This document shows, in pieces, positions 52,581-64,000 of a stretch of 64,000 nucleotides of DNA (the first letter of the stretch is position 1; each line of letters starts with the position of its first letter). The translations under genes were made by a program, and so were the position numbers. The notes below the pieces were generated by a model. That model saw only the letters and a list, made by a program, of their open reading frames with translations. It had not been told where the DNA came from and ran no database searches. The stretch lies in assembly GCF_018350175.1 (NCBI RefSeq), contig NC_058368.1, forward strand, positions 86,554,001 to 86,618,000, read 5' to 3'. This DNA comes from Felis catus. Taxonomy: Eukaryota.

Positions 52581-53528
52581 ATGATGGAATTTATGAAGAC
52601 ACTAAACCAAAGCACCTTTTTTGAGTTCATCCTCATGGGGTTTTCTGATGATCCAGCCAAACAGCCACTCCTGTTTTTCCTGCTTCTCTGCATTTACCTG
52701 ACCACCATGGTGGGAAACCTTCTCATAATCCTAACAAGTATATCAAATGTTTGCTTTCACTCCCCTATGTATTATTTCCTTAGCAATTTATCCCTGATTG
52801 ACATTTGTTTGTCTTCCACTACTGTTCCCAAAATGCTTGTAGACATCCAGACAAGAAATTCTACTATCTCATTTAATAACTGCATGATGCAAATGTACCT
52901 ATTTATCTGTTTTTCAGGGATGGAAACATTACTTCTCCCTATTATGTCTTATGACCGTTTTGTGGCCATCTGCCTTCCTTTGTCCTACTTATCCATTATG
53001 ACTCCCAAATTCTGTGCTCGTCTGGTGGCCACCTCCTGGATCTTTGCAATCTTGAGTGCACAGATACACACCATCTTATTGGTTCAATTATCCTTCTGTA
53101 AGGATAACAAAATTCCTCAGTTCTTCTGTGATATTGGACCACTGCTAAAATTGTCCTGTTCAGATACCCATATCAATGAGTTATTTATTTTTATTGAGGG
53201 GGGACTGGTGGTGGTGGTAAGCTTTATCTGTATTTTAGTTTCTTACATACTCATTGGTTATTCTATAGTCAGAATGCCATCAACCATAGGGAAATTTAAA
53301 GCATTCTCCACATGCTCTTCTCATATCTGCGTGGTCCTCTTGTTTTTTGGCACAATAATTGGCGTTTATTTATGTCCCTCCAACTCCCATATAGCTGAAA
53401 AAGACCAAGCAGCAGCTGTCATGTACACTGTGATTACTCCCCTGTTAAATCCTTTCATCTATAGCCTAAGGAATAGTCATCTGTCAGGGGCTCTTAGGAA
53501 AACTATTCAAAAGAAATTGTTTCTATAA
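52581..53528 (+). CDS. Intact olfactory receptor, class II, family OR1-like (315 aa; may initiate at a later Met in MMEFM)
   Basis: Single-exon ORF with canonical OR motifs: N-glycosylation site NQS, GN in TM1, FHSPMYYFLSNLS, MSYDRFVAIC, FFCD..PLLKLSCSDT, KAFSTCSSH, PLLNPFIYSLRN. TTVPKMLVDIQT and FFGTIIGVYLCP resemble OR1 members. Exact subfamily not recognised. Confidence 0.95.
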   Translation: MMEFMKTLNQSTFFEFILMGFSDDPAKQPLLFFLLLCIYLTTMVGNLLIILTSISNVCFHSPMYYFLSNLSLIDICLSSTTVPKMLVDIQTRNSTISFNNCMMQMYLFICFSGMETLLLPIMSYDRFVAICLPLSYLSIMTPKFCARLVATSWIFAILSAQIHTILLVQLSFCKDNKIPQFFCDIGPLLKLSCSDTHINELFIFIEGGLVVVVSFICILVSYILIGYSIVRMPSTIGKFKAFSTCSSHICVVLLFFGTIIGVYLCPSNSHIAEKDQAAAVMYTVITPLLNPFIYSLRNSHLSGALRKTIQKKLFL

Positions 53529-54271
53529 CACATTTCAAGGTGTGGAGACTTTTCAGGTAAACACATAGAGGAGTCACTGATTTTATTAATTGTTGTTCAT
53601 TTACCTTTGCATTTTGTGATTGAAATGCCTACTGATAGTTTCTTCAGTAAATTACCATTTTGTGTGTAGCAAGAAAATCCATGAACTATAAACTAGTAAA
53701 ATTGTTACTGTATCATTTTTGACTGTATTATTCTGAGTTGCAGGAATATTGTAGATGGTATAGAAAAAGCTATATGTTGTGAAATTTCTGCAAATTCTAC
53801 CAATCCTAACGTGTCAAACAAACCTCAAATATGATTGACAAAATTTGTTTCATTGGACATGACTAAAAATATTTTACAAAAGGAATGACTATTTTTTGAT
53901 ATCACTTTTGATATTGTGTTTTGATTGAATCTTTTGGATATACTAAGTGTATACTCATACCAAAGCAAATAAAAATATATTTCCTAATATATTTCCAATT
54001 TGTATTATTTGCATGTCTAGTTGGACTACATTGGTTAATAATTACAATACATGTCAAAAAATAGACATAGTGAACTTCTGTCTTGTTTATGATGAAACAT
54101 AAAATTTTCAATGCTACTTAGTTTTTAATATACTAGAATTTGGATATATATGGAGATTTATTTTTTCTTTTATTTTATATTAGGGTATGACTCTGTGTGT
54201 ATGTGTAATCTATCATAATTTATTGAAAAGTTTATTGTTTCTCCTCGGTGCACTGTCAACATTCTCTTAGA

Positions 54272-54274
<3 letters not shown>

Positions 54275-54315
<41 letters not shown>
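54275..54315. repeat. (TA)n microsatellite
   Basis: Seen directly. Confidence 0.95.
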
Positions 54316-54318
<3 letters not shown>

Positions 54319-54639
54319 GTCTCTGAACAATCCATTGTATTGCATTTTTTAAATTCCTGAATATTTCAGCAGTGCCTTACTACTTTATTTCAATTGTATA
54401 ATAAAACTTACAGGCTTTGAGTTTGAGCTACAATATGTAAAGAGCTTAGAAGTTGTTACCTTACAGTAAGAATAAGTTGGCATACTAAAAGTCAAGGATC
54501 GCTTTGACCTAACAGAAAACTGTGATTTCAGGACTAAAAATCACACCAAAATCTCAAAATGCAGGACAATCCAGAGCCAAGATCTCATCTATTTTTGGCT
54601 TCTGTTGAGACTGCTGAGATACAAGTTCATAAAGTTCCA

Positions 54640-55325
54640 AGAGGAAGGATCTTGATTGAGAAGCTCCATAAGAAATATCCTCACTCCTGTGTGAATAGCC
54701 TGACCTTTTGATTTTGAGAAGGTTTTAACAAAAGCTAGTACAACCATTCACTCAGCTATTTCCCAATATCATCCTTACAGTGGATATTTCTGAATATTGG
54801 CATATTTTACTGTGTGCATAAACTGACAATTTCCTTTAGTAGGGTCTGTTTTGTTGTTGTTTCTTAGCATTGCAATCCTTGATTTATCTCTTTTATTTCA
54901 CATTGTACTATAAGCAGCAAGGGTAAACTTGACTGTAACTTAGAAACTTTGCTTGAAAAGGTCCTTAAATATTCGAGTTGACTATGTCTGAGTTCTGCCT
55001 TCTCTGTAACTGACAAAAACACATTCTGGACTACGTATCAATAATTCATCTGAAGACAGATTCCAATGATACACTCCCCATTTCCTTCTAAACTCCACTA
55101 GAAGTATTTTTAAGTCCAGATTTCCAATGTCAATTTGTTCAGGGTGATTTAAGCTTTCTCCAAAGCAACTTAAATCTTTTCTATAATTCTCCTATTTTTT
55201 TGTTATGAATCTTATCACTGGCAGGATCTTTAATATCCAGATCTCAACTAATACTCATTTCAAGGAAATCTAGTCATTTTCTGTTATGCTCCTCAAAGTT
55301 CTTTCAGTATATATCCACTTCCTAA
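54640..55325. mobile_element. ERVL-MaLR (MLT-type) internal remnant
   Basis: tactataagcagcaaggg, actttgcttgaaa, agttctgccttctctgtaactg and aatctagtcattttctgttatgctcctcaaagttctttcag resemble recalled MLT-int motifs. Confidence 0.5.
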
Positions 55326-55330
55326 GCATG

Positions 55331-55411
55331 TATTATATTGAAATACATGAAATGGCCAATTTTGGGGGGAAAAATCAGAAAATATTCTCACATATATTGT
55401 TTAACTTAATA
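55331..55411. mobile_element. MADE2-like mariner MITE (~80 bp)
   Basis: tattatattgaaatacatgaaatggcc...catatattgtttaacttaata: degenerate terminal inverted repeats, TA ends and the expected length. Confidence 0.6.
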
Positions 55412-55839
55412 CATAACTTTAGCAATATGACTTGACATCTTGTAAACACAGCTTACATTAATACACTGGCTCTTTTCATAAAATGTTTTGGCCAGTTCAT
55501 GATTTTATCTTTCCCATCTGCAATAGGAAATTTAGAATAATTTCTCTGTTTTAAATGTTAAAATGTCTTCTTGTGTTGAATGTGATTGAAATGTCTTTCC
55601 TTTGTTAAATTTTCTTTTGTTTCATTTATTTATTTTATAGACAACTTTATAAAGCAAGTGTTTGCTACTTGCTTATTCTATTATTATGAAAACAAAGTGA
55701 CATGCTGTTGACTTGAACTATTTCTGGTTGGGGTTTACATAATACAATTTTTCTTTCCTAAAGGGAAAGTGACACCAGTTAAATTCACAATATTTTACTG
55801 CATTTATAGTGGCTAAAACACATCAGAGAGTACTGGAAG

Positions 55840-55841
55840 TT

Positions 55842-55880
<39 letters not shown>

Positions 55881-55907
55881 GTATTTGTTTATTTATTTAT
55901 TTATTTT
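55840..55907. repeat. (TTTA)n microsatellite
   Basis: Seen directly. Confidence 0.92.
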
Positions 55908-56085
55908 AATAATCAAGAAATTCTCCAGAATGCAAAACAGTGCCCTGTTTATCATTTTTATCATACTACAAGCTTATTCTTTTCTCTTCAACAGAAATAA
56001 ATTTTAAAGTCTTACCATAATGCTCTTATAAGAGAAACCAGCTATATCAGGAGTAAGTTTGTTTTGTTTTGTTTTTCATATTATA

Positions 56086-56188
56086 GAGACACCTGTCTGA
56101 CACATTTGGTAGAGCATGTGACTATTGATCTCAGGGTGGTGATTTCAAGCCCTTCAGTGGGTGTAGACATTACTTAAAAAAATAAAAT
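56086..56188 (+). mobile_element. Short tRNA-derived carnivore SINE (no CT tract)
   Basis: tRNA-like ggtagagcatgtgactattgatctcagggtggtgatttcaagccc, followed by tacttaaaaaaataaaat. TSD atattata. Confidence 0.75.
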
Positions 56189-56779
56189 ATATTATAAATT
56201 CTTAATCATTTGATGTAGCTATTTTTATGATAAGGTCATTAGCATTTGTATAGACTCTGATGAATAGGTAAAAACCTTGGACAGATAAGAACTTTTTCTC
56301 CCTGGCTTTTCTTTGAAATTGGTCAATATTTTGTTTCAATTGTTTGTTTGTTTTCTCGATTGTTAATGGTTCAGAGTAGCATAAATCATCACATAATGTA
56401 TTTATAAAATATTCAATAATCCTTTATTTCTTTCTTAATGAAAACTGGCATCTTAAACAAATTCCTTTACTTCTTGTTCCTCAAAATTTCACTGTAGTTT
56501 CAGGTCCCTGGTTAGATGGATTTCTTTCTTTGAGGTAAATATGAGCCTCATCATCTTGCATATGTATGTATATATGCATATATACAAGATATATGCATAT
56601 ATACATATACATCATCATCTTGTATATATATTTTTTCTGTAGACTAATGGCTGAAATGAGAATGTTTGCGCAAAATATAAGAAAAAAGTAAAGTATGTAA
56701 GGTTTATTGTATTATTAGGTATTAGAACTTTAAAATTTTAGATTATTTCACTCCAAATCTGTGAATGTCCACTTTAGTA

Positions 56780-56925
56780 GTCAACTTCCATGTGTGACTA
56801 CTTAAATTTATGTTAGTTGAAAATAAATTGAACTAAAATCTTATGTCTGCATTACACTAGCCACATTTTCATCACTGAAGAACATCTCCTGAATGGTGCT
56901 GCTCTACATGATTCAGTGTCATCAG
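56780..56925. mobile_element. MER33/MER3-like hAT-Charlie MITE remnant
   Basis: catgtgtgactacttaaatttatgttagttgaaaataaattgaactaaaatc...cactagccacatttt. Confidence 0.6.
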
Positions 56926-57728
56926 AAGATTCTACTTAAGTACTTAAGCTATCTCACAGTCTACATCATTTTTTGGCATAAGCTTACAAGGCTCACAGGA
57001 TAGTCTCTTTAGTAATCACATAGGGTCAGATGATTCCTATAAATAATTTAAATAGTGAACTCATAAGTATCTGTTCTGAGAAAATAACCTGGAGCTTTAT
57101 TGTTTTCCATTCTATGCTTTCCAGATAACTGGTTGAAAATACTCGATACTTTCATGAACATATACTGACTGACCCATTCCTGTCTCTCTTGCAAAATTCT
57201 ATACCATTTCAAAGGTTATCCTAGTTACATCTGAAGTAGTTAATGGACTCAAAGTCCAAGTTGAATGAACAGATTTAGAGAGCACAATAAGAGGACAATA
57301 CCAGACATTTGAGTTGTTACAGAAAGATGCCTTCAAAGCATATGACTGAAATAAATTAGCCCACAGTTTATTAGATTGCTTGCCATTCTGGACAAAGTTA
57401 TCTTTCCAGGGAGAAAAAAAAACAACAAAGCAAAACAAACAAACAACAACAAAAACAACAAAAACAGAAACAAAACAAACAAAAAACACTAACTGAACTA
57501 CCTACTATGAACAAAGTAAAAGAAAAGGAAGAAACAGAAGGTAATTAGCAGTCTCCAAAATTAAACCCAAAGAACAATGGAGACATTGAGATCAGGTAAC
57601 AAAATTCATCAATGATTCAGACAACAGATAAATTCCAATGTGAAGCCACACACAGACATCATTCTACACTTATTACTGAACTAGATGAATCCAAAATGAT
57701 GTATCATCTCTATTTGAAATTTAGTTAA

Positions 57729-58526
57729 GGGGCATCTGGGTGGCTCAGTCAGTTAAGCTTCGAAGTCTTGGTTTCAGCTTAGGTCATGATCTCAGTTTGT
57801 GAGTTCGAGCCCTATGTTGGGCTCTGCACTGTCATACCCGTAAAATATGTAGGACTCCTCAAATCAGTATAAAAATATGAATACAGGCAAAGTGCATGTG
57901 AAGAATTCCCAGAATAAGCATAAAGAATTAATAAATGTATGGCAAGTTATTTAATTTCATTAGAAAATCAAATTTAAATAATTATGGAATATTATTTTGT
58001 CAAATAGTTCAGAAAATATTAGAAAATTTTAAATAATTACAGCAAAGATTCAAAGAGAAGCAAATATTCTGAAGCATTGGTGAATGTGGATTACAAAAAA
58101 AAGTTCTTTGAAGTTTTTAAAGATTTGGAATTTTAAATATCCACATATCTGATGGTGAATTTCAAGTTTTGAATTGTTGAATTGGCAATATACATGTTTA
58201 CATAGATTTTTGCTAAATAAGCTTAATAGCAGTGTTTTTTGCAAACAAGGAAAAAATCAGAAAAATGCTGATATCTATCATCTATCTATCTATCTATCTA
58301 TCATCTATCTATGTCAATTAAGGCATAGAGATAATGTTTAGTTGACATTGTTATATAGCTTATAGTTAGTAAGCTGGAAAATATATTTAAAATACACTTA
58401 CATAAGAATAAATGCAAAGTGATTTCTCTTTCCAACAAAAGAGCCTGCTTGGGATTCTCTCTACCTCTCACTGCCCTTTCCCTACTTGTGCTGTCTGTAT
58501 CTCTCAAATAAATAAATAAACTTAAA
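57729..58526 (+). mobile_element. CanSINE split in two (57729-57834 and 58441-58526) by a ~606-bp insert
   Basis: 5' half ends gggctctgcactgtca and 3' half starts gagcctgcttgggattc. TSD aaatttagttaa (57717-57728) / aaatctagttaa (58527-58538). Confidence 0.85.
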
Positions 58527-58534
58527 AAATCTAG

Positions 58535-59501
58535 TTAAATATCAATAGTGAATATTGTACATGAGAAAGACCAGATAATAGAGTTACAACATGACAGAAT
58601 TTTGCCCAAATTTACCTTTCTTAGAGCATCTTTGATGTCTGTATTTCTCAAGCTGTAGATCATGCGATTTAGAGTTGGAAGTGTACCAAAGGGAAAAGAT
58701 AGACAAAGGTCCAGAAGAGATGGAATACCTGACTTGGGCCTCAAGTAGTGTTCACTGGCAGTTGAGAAAAAATAAGGTTATGGTTAAGAGATGAGGCAGA
58801 CAGGTGGAGAAGACTTTCGATATTCTCTGTGCTAGTAGGATTGTCAGGAAGGTCAGAAATACATAAGTGTAGGGCATTATGAAAGTAATAAAATATCTAA
58901 GAGCTAGAAAATATGACAGTTTTGACAGGTTTTACAGTATGTGTGGCAAAGCATGAAATCTTCATTGAGGAAGAGACATCACAAAAAAATTTTTTGTAAG
59001 AGGAAGCTGGAAAAGGTTAATAAGAAGGTGTACATGACCCCACTTATGCATCAGCTGAGCCAAAAGCTGCTGCAAGAAGTTCTGCACACAGAACTTCCTG
59101 TTTATGATGACCTCATAATGTAAGCAATAACAAATGGCTAGTTGGTGGTCATAGAGCATCACTGTAAGTAGGACCAGTTCTGAACATGCCATTTAAAGCA
59201 ACAAAAACTTCTCTGTGACACAGCACAGAAAAGAGATGGTCCTTGTGTGTTTTATTGAATGAATAATAGATTTGGGTACAATGTCAGATTTAGAAGAGAA
59301 TCTAAGAGTGGGAGGAGTTTCAGGAAAAAATACAAGGAGAAAAAGATTGTGGTCATGAGCAGTTATGGTGATGATGTGGGTATTTCTCATTAGAGATGTC
59401 ATCTAGTTCAATAAGAACAGAGTAGCATGTAACATTTGAAGGTCATGAATCTCTGAGAATCCAATGAGGATGAAATCTGTCATACTAGTGGTGTTGGCCA
59501 T
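58535..59501 (-). pseudogene. Olfactory receptor pseudogene, OR14-like
   Basis: ATG at 59501 reads MANTTSMTDFILIGFSEIHDLQMLHATLFLLN*. Fragments in other frames: VPKSIIHSIKHTRTISFLCC, SELVLLTVMLYD, HYEVIINR, a KVFSTCLPHL-encoding stretch near 58790-58820, and PTLNRMIYSLRNTDIKDAL. Multiple stops and frameshifts. LQMLHATLFLL, VPKSI and TCLPHL are typical of OR14. The 3' end is the ORF-track stop; the ancestral stop was probably nearer 58590. Confidence 0.88.
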
Positions 59502-59524
59502 CTCCAATGTGGAGGTTCCTTAAG

Positions 59525-59550
59525 CTGAAGAAGGTAAGGGTAAAATTAAG
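59525..59550 (-). promoter_or_regulatory. 3' splice acceptor upstream of the OR14-like pseudogene
   Basis: Minus strand cttaattttacccttaccttcttcag|c: branch-point-like ctTAAt, polypyrimidine tract and CAG, 23 nt before the ATG. Confidence 0.55.
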
Positions 59551-60068
59551 AAAGATAAATTTGGTACTATCAAGATGAAGCAACATCTCAATTAAGTTTC
59601 AGTTTAAATATTTTTTTTCTAAACACAAATATCCCATTCCCTTGACAGATGTGCATAATTGTTTGATAACTAGAGACATCAAATTTATTTTGAGACATTT
59701 TATATTTTCATATAAACATACTATCCATACTGAGGAATTTAAGAAACTCCTTATGAAAAGTCACTTGTTTTTTTATACAGCTTAACTTTTTAAATTTTTC
59801 TCCATTACTCACCATCAACGACTCAACAAATACATAAAGACATGTAGAAAGGACATGAAAGAAGGCTGTTTTATGCTTAAGCTCAATTGAAGAACCTTAT
59901 GTATGACTTGGAATTCCCTTGAAACTCTCATTTGTATGTGTTTACACTGCTACCAGTCTGTTGTTGTGAACAAAAATATGGATATATAACCTTTGTCTAC
60001 TATGAAAACAACCATATGAATCTCTAGGTCTATCCTTTATGGGGGTATTTAAAATTCTTGAAAACTTT

Positions 60069-60502
60069 AAATTATGGAAAAAGTCTAAATGTCCATCAAC
60101 TGATAAATGGACAAAGAAACTCTGGTTTATATACACAATGGAATACTACTTGACAATGAGAAACAATGAAATATGGCCTTTTGTAGCAACGTGAATGGAA
60201 CTGGAGAGTGTGATGCTAAGTGAAATGAGTCATACAGAGAAAGACAGATACGATATGTTTTCACTCTTATGTGGATCCTGAGAAACGTAACAGAAGACCA
60301 TGGAGGAGGGGAAGGAAAAAAAAAGGTAGGAGAGGGAGTGAGCCAAACCATAAGAGACTCTTAAAAACTGAGAATAAACTAACGGTTGATGGGAGGTGGG
60401 AGGTAAGGGAGGGTGGGTAATGGGCATTGAGGAAGGTACCTGTTGAGATGAGCACTGGGTGTTGTATGGAAACGAATTTGAAAATAAATTCCATATTTAA
60501 AA
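60069..60502 (+). mobile_element. 5'-truncated felid LINE-1 (L1_Fc-like 3' end)
   Basis: Ends gagcactgggtgttgtatggaaacgaatttgaaaataaattccatattt. TSD core tcttgaaaactt at ~60056-60067 and ~60506-60517. Confidence 0.9.
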
Positions 60503-60519
60503 AAATCTTGAAAACTTAA

Positions 60520-61100
60520 ATTCATGTATTTTATCAAATGTAGAAAAATTTTTTCTATTATTTTCTCAAATATTCTTTCTGCCACTTTCCCTCTCTCCAT
60601 CTCTTTTTCTTTTCCCTTAGGCTCTTATAATGTGTATACTTGTCTACTAGATGGAATTCAATACATTCCTATGTCTCTGATTATTTCTATCTTAATTCTG
60701 ATACCCAGATTTAGTTATTTCAGTTGTCTTATCTTCAAATTTTCTGATTGTTTCCTCTGTCTATTCAAATCTACTGCTGAATTTACTACTGAATGACTGA
60801 TATCAGTTTGTATTCTTTCCACCTCTACTATTTCATTTGAGTCAATATCATAGTTACATCATTTCGTTTGTATAATTTTATGCATATATTTTTCTGATTT
60901 ATATTTCCATGTTTTTATTTGTTTTATAATTTTATCATATTTTGTGTTTGTTGCTTTAAAGTCTATGTCTGGTCACTTCAAATTCTATGCTCTTTCTTGA
61001 ATAATTTATGACAATTAATTTGTTCCTTTCAGCCATATTTTCCAATTTATTTTTCTTGTGTGTCATGATCTATTTGTTTGTGAATATTAGATGTTTGGCT
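60520..61100 (-). mobile_element. Very old LINE-1 ORF1-region remnant
   Basis: Minus-strand translation ERIFEKIIEKIFLHLIK resembles the ORF1 EIIAENFPNL motif. Confidence 0.6.
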
Positions 61101-61116
61101 ATTGTAATGTGCAACT

Positions 61117-62106
61117 GGAAATTATATGGACAACGACATATAGAAAAAGGAACCTGGGCCACTTTCCTTCACCATACACAAAAAGAAACACAAAATGGGT
61201 GAAAAACCTAAACATAAGACAGGAAGACATCAAAATCCCCAATGAAAAAGCAGGAAAAGCCTCTTTGACGTCGGCCACAGCAACTTCTTACTCAACACAT
61301 CTCTGGAGGCAAGGGAAACAAAAGCTAAAGTGGACTATTAGGACCTCATCAAAATAAAAACCTGCACACCAAAGGAAACAATCAGCAAAACTAAAAGGCA
61401 ACCGACAGAATGGGAGAAGATATTTGCAAATGACATATCAGAGAAAGGGTTAGTATTCAAAAATCTATAAAGAACTTATCAAACTCAACACCTAAAAAAC
61501 AAGTAATTCAGTGAAGAAAAGGGCAAATGACATGAACAGACAGTTTTTCAAAGAAGGCAAGCAGATGACAACCAACACACGAAAAATTTCTCAACATCAC
61601 TCATCATCAGGGAAATACAGATCAAAACCTTGATGAGATACAACCTCACACCAGTCAGAATGGCTAACATTAACAACTCACACAACAACAGAGGATGTGG
61701 AGAAAGAGGATCTCTTTTGCAATGCTGGTGGGAATGCAAAAAGGTACAGCCACTCTGGAAAAAAGCATAAAGGTCCCTCAAAAAATTAAAAATAGAACTT
61801 ACCCTATGATCCAGCAGTTGCATTACTAGCTATTTATTCAAGGAATACAGGTATGCTGTTTCAAAGGGGCATGTGCATCGCAATGTTTATAGCAATAATA
61901 TCAACATTAGCCAAAGTATGGGAGAGCCCAAATGCACATCGGTGTAAAAATGGATAAAGGTGTGGTATATATACCCAATGGAGTATTACTCAGTAATCAA
62001 AAAAGAATGAAATCTTGCCATTTGCAGCTAGATGGATGGAACTAGAGGGTATTAAGCTAAGCAAAATTAGTCAGTCAGAGAAAGACAAATATCATGACTT
62101 CACTCA
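61117..62106 (+). mobile_element. LINE-1 ORF2 C-terminal fragment lacking its 3'UTR
   Basis: ccatacacaaaaagaaacacaaaatgggtgaaaaacc...gagaaagacaaatatcatgacttcactca. Confidence 0.88.
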
Positions 62107-62119
62107 TCTGAGTGAAGAA

Positions 62120-63011
62120 ATACTTTTCCTGCACTTCAAATATTTTCGATCATTTTGTTTTCATTGTTATTTTCTCACATATTTTTAAGTTCTCTGTGAT
62201 TTTTTTGGTGATCCCTTCATTGTTTAGTTTAGTATCATGTTATTTAGTATCCATGTACTTCTGTTTTTTTTTTTTTTTCCAGGTTTTGTCTTGTAATTGA
62301 TTTCTAGTTTTTACCTTTTTGGTCAAAATGATGCTGGGTATCATTTCAATCTTCTTAAATTCATTGAGACTTATTTTGTTGTCTAATATGTGATCTATTT
62401 CTCAGAATTTTGCATGTACACTTGAAAGGAATGTGTATTTTGCTGTTTTGGGATCAAATGTTCTGTACCTATATTTTAGGTCCATTTACTCTAATGTGAT
62501 GTTCAGAAACACTGTTTCATTACTTTTGTTTGGATTATCTATCCACTTATGGAAGTGGGACATTAATATTCCAACACATTTTATACTACTGTTAATTTAT
62601 CTCTTTATGTCTGTTTTATTTGATTTATGTATTAGGTGTTCTGATGTGTTGCCTAGATTTTTAGAGTTGTTATATCCTCTGGTTGGATTGATCCCTTTTT
62701 CATTATGTAGTGCCCAGATTTTTCTTTGGCTACACTCTTTGTTTTAAAGTCCATTTTTTCTGATACAACTATGGCTACTGCATCTTTCTTTGTTAATCTG
62801 TTCAGTCACCTTAAACCTACTGAATGAAGATTTTTTTCCATTTACACAAAAAGTAATTATTTATGGATGTGTGCTTATTCTCATTTTGTTGTTGTCTTGT
62901 TGTTTTTGTCGTGCTTCTCTATTCCTTGTTTTCTCTCATTCTCTTCCCCTGTGGTTTATATAGTTTTCTGTCTTTAATATAATGCTTGGATTCCTTTCCA
63001 TTCATTTATTT

Positions 63012-63052
<41 letters not shown>

Positions 63053-63910
63053 CTATTATAGACTTTTGCTGTGTGGTTATCATTTGGTTCAAATATAACA
63101 TTTTATGGGTATGGAAGTCTTTATTAAATTGATAGTTGCTTAAATTGAAACACATTGTAAATGCAGCAAATTTGTAATGCCCTCTTCATGTATTAGGCAT
63201 GTGATGTCATATTTGACATACTTTTATTTTGTGTATCTCTACTAATTTTTATAAACATAATTTATCTTCTTTGTATTTTAACCTTCACATTAGCTTTATA
63301 AATTACTGATTTATTATCTTAATTGTGCATTTTGTCCTGTGATTTTTTTTTTTACCTTTTATAATTTTCAAATTCCCAAAGACTTTCCTTTAATATTTCT
63401 CACAAGAATGGTTTAGCAGTGATGAACTTCTTTGACGTATATTTCCCTAGGTAATGCTTTACTTCTCTTTCCATTCTGATGATAATTTTGCTGGACAGAG
63501 TATTTTTATTTCCAGTATTTTTCCCCAGTACCTTGAGTATATCCTGTTACTCTCTCTTGGCCCACAGATTTCTGCTGGTTAATAAGATGATATAGCCTTA
63601 TTGAATTTCCCCAATATATAACTTTTTTTTTCTTGGTGGTTTTATAAATATCTGTTTTAATTATTATTTCCCATTTTAATGATGATGTCTCTTCTGTATA
63701 CCTCTGTGGGTTCATCTTGTAGTAGCTCTCTGTGTTTCTTTGATCTGGATGTCTGTTACCTTCTCCAGGTTAGAGATGTTTTCAGCTATTGTTTCTTCAA
63801 CTGAAAGTTTTCTGCCCCCTTCTTTCTCACTTATTCAGGGATTCCTATAATAAAATATGATTACACTTGATAATGTTGCTGAATAATCTTAAATTATTCT
63901 CAATTTATAT
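62120..63910 (-). mobile_element. Older LINE-1 (ORF2 start, inter-ORF, ORF1)
   Basis: gaatgtgtattttgctgttttggga and cttctccaggttagagatgttttcagctattgtttcttcaa match reverse L1 ORF2/ORF1. Confidence 0.75.
63013..63050. repeat. (GT)n microsatellite
   Basis: Seen directly. Confidence 0.95.
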
Positions 63911-63914
63911 TATT

Positions 63915-64000
63915 AGTTTTTTAAGTTTTTAGTTAAATTCCAGTTAGTTAACATAGAGTGTAATATTGGTTTCAAATGTACAATTTAGTGATTCATCACT
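63915..64000 (-). mobile_element. 3' terminus of another carnivore LINE-1 running off the window
   Basis: T tract followed by aattccagttagttaacatagagtgtaatattggtttca. Confidence 0.8.

Noticed and set aside
56086..56165. tRNA gene
   Set aside because: The tRNA-like sequence is degenerate and has an A tail and TSD, so it is a SINE. The same applies to all CanSINE heads.
57130..57490. Possible second retrocopy ending in an (AAAC)n tail
   Set aside because: No recognisable parent gene, ORF or TSD. Only the A-rich tract is certain.
1..64000. A novel multi-gene biological system
   Set aside because: All recognisable content is explained by known retroelements, one OR gene, one OR pseudogene and one processed pseudogene. 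No unexplained long ORF or structured array remains.

Overview
AT-rich mammalian genomic DNA, most likely from a cat-family (felid) carnivore, judged from SINEC_Fc-type tRNA-derived CanSINEs and L1_Fc-type 3' ends. Roughly the first 49 kb and the last 4 kb are an almost continuous, nested array of degraded LINE-1 elements of several ages. This array also holds many CanSINEs, ERV LTRs and a near full-length processed pseudogene of MAPRE1 (EB1). The less repetitive 49-60 kb interval carries one intact class II olfactory receptor gene (family OR1-like, 52581-53528, +) with a candidate upstream promoter and non-coding exon, convergent with a decayed OR14-like pseudogene (-). I found no support for a new multi-gene biological system. 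The most unusual signals are rearrangement scars: a SINE split by ~0.6 kb of foreign DNA, a ~100 bp locally templated copy inside an LTR, two fold-back hairpins at L1 deletion junctions and a twin-primed L1 inversion. Repeat family names come from recalled consensus sequences, not a database search, and repeat boundaries are approximate.
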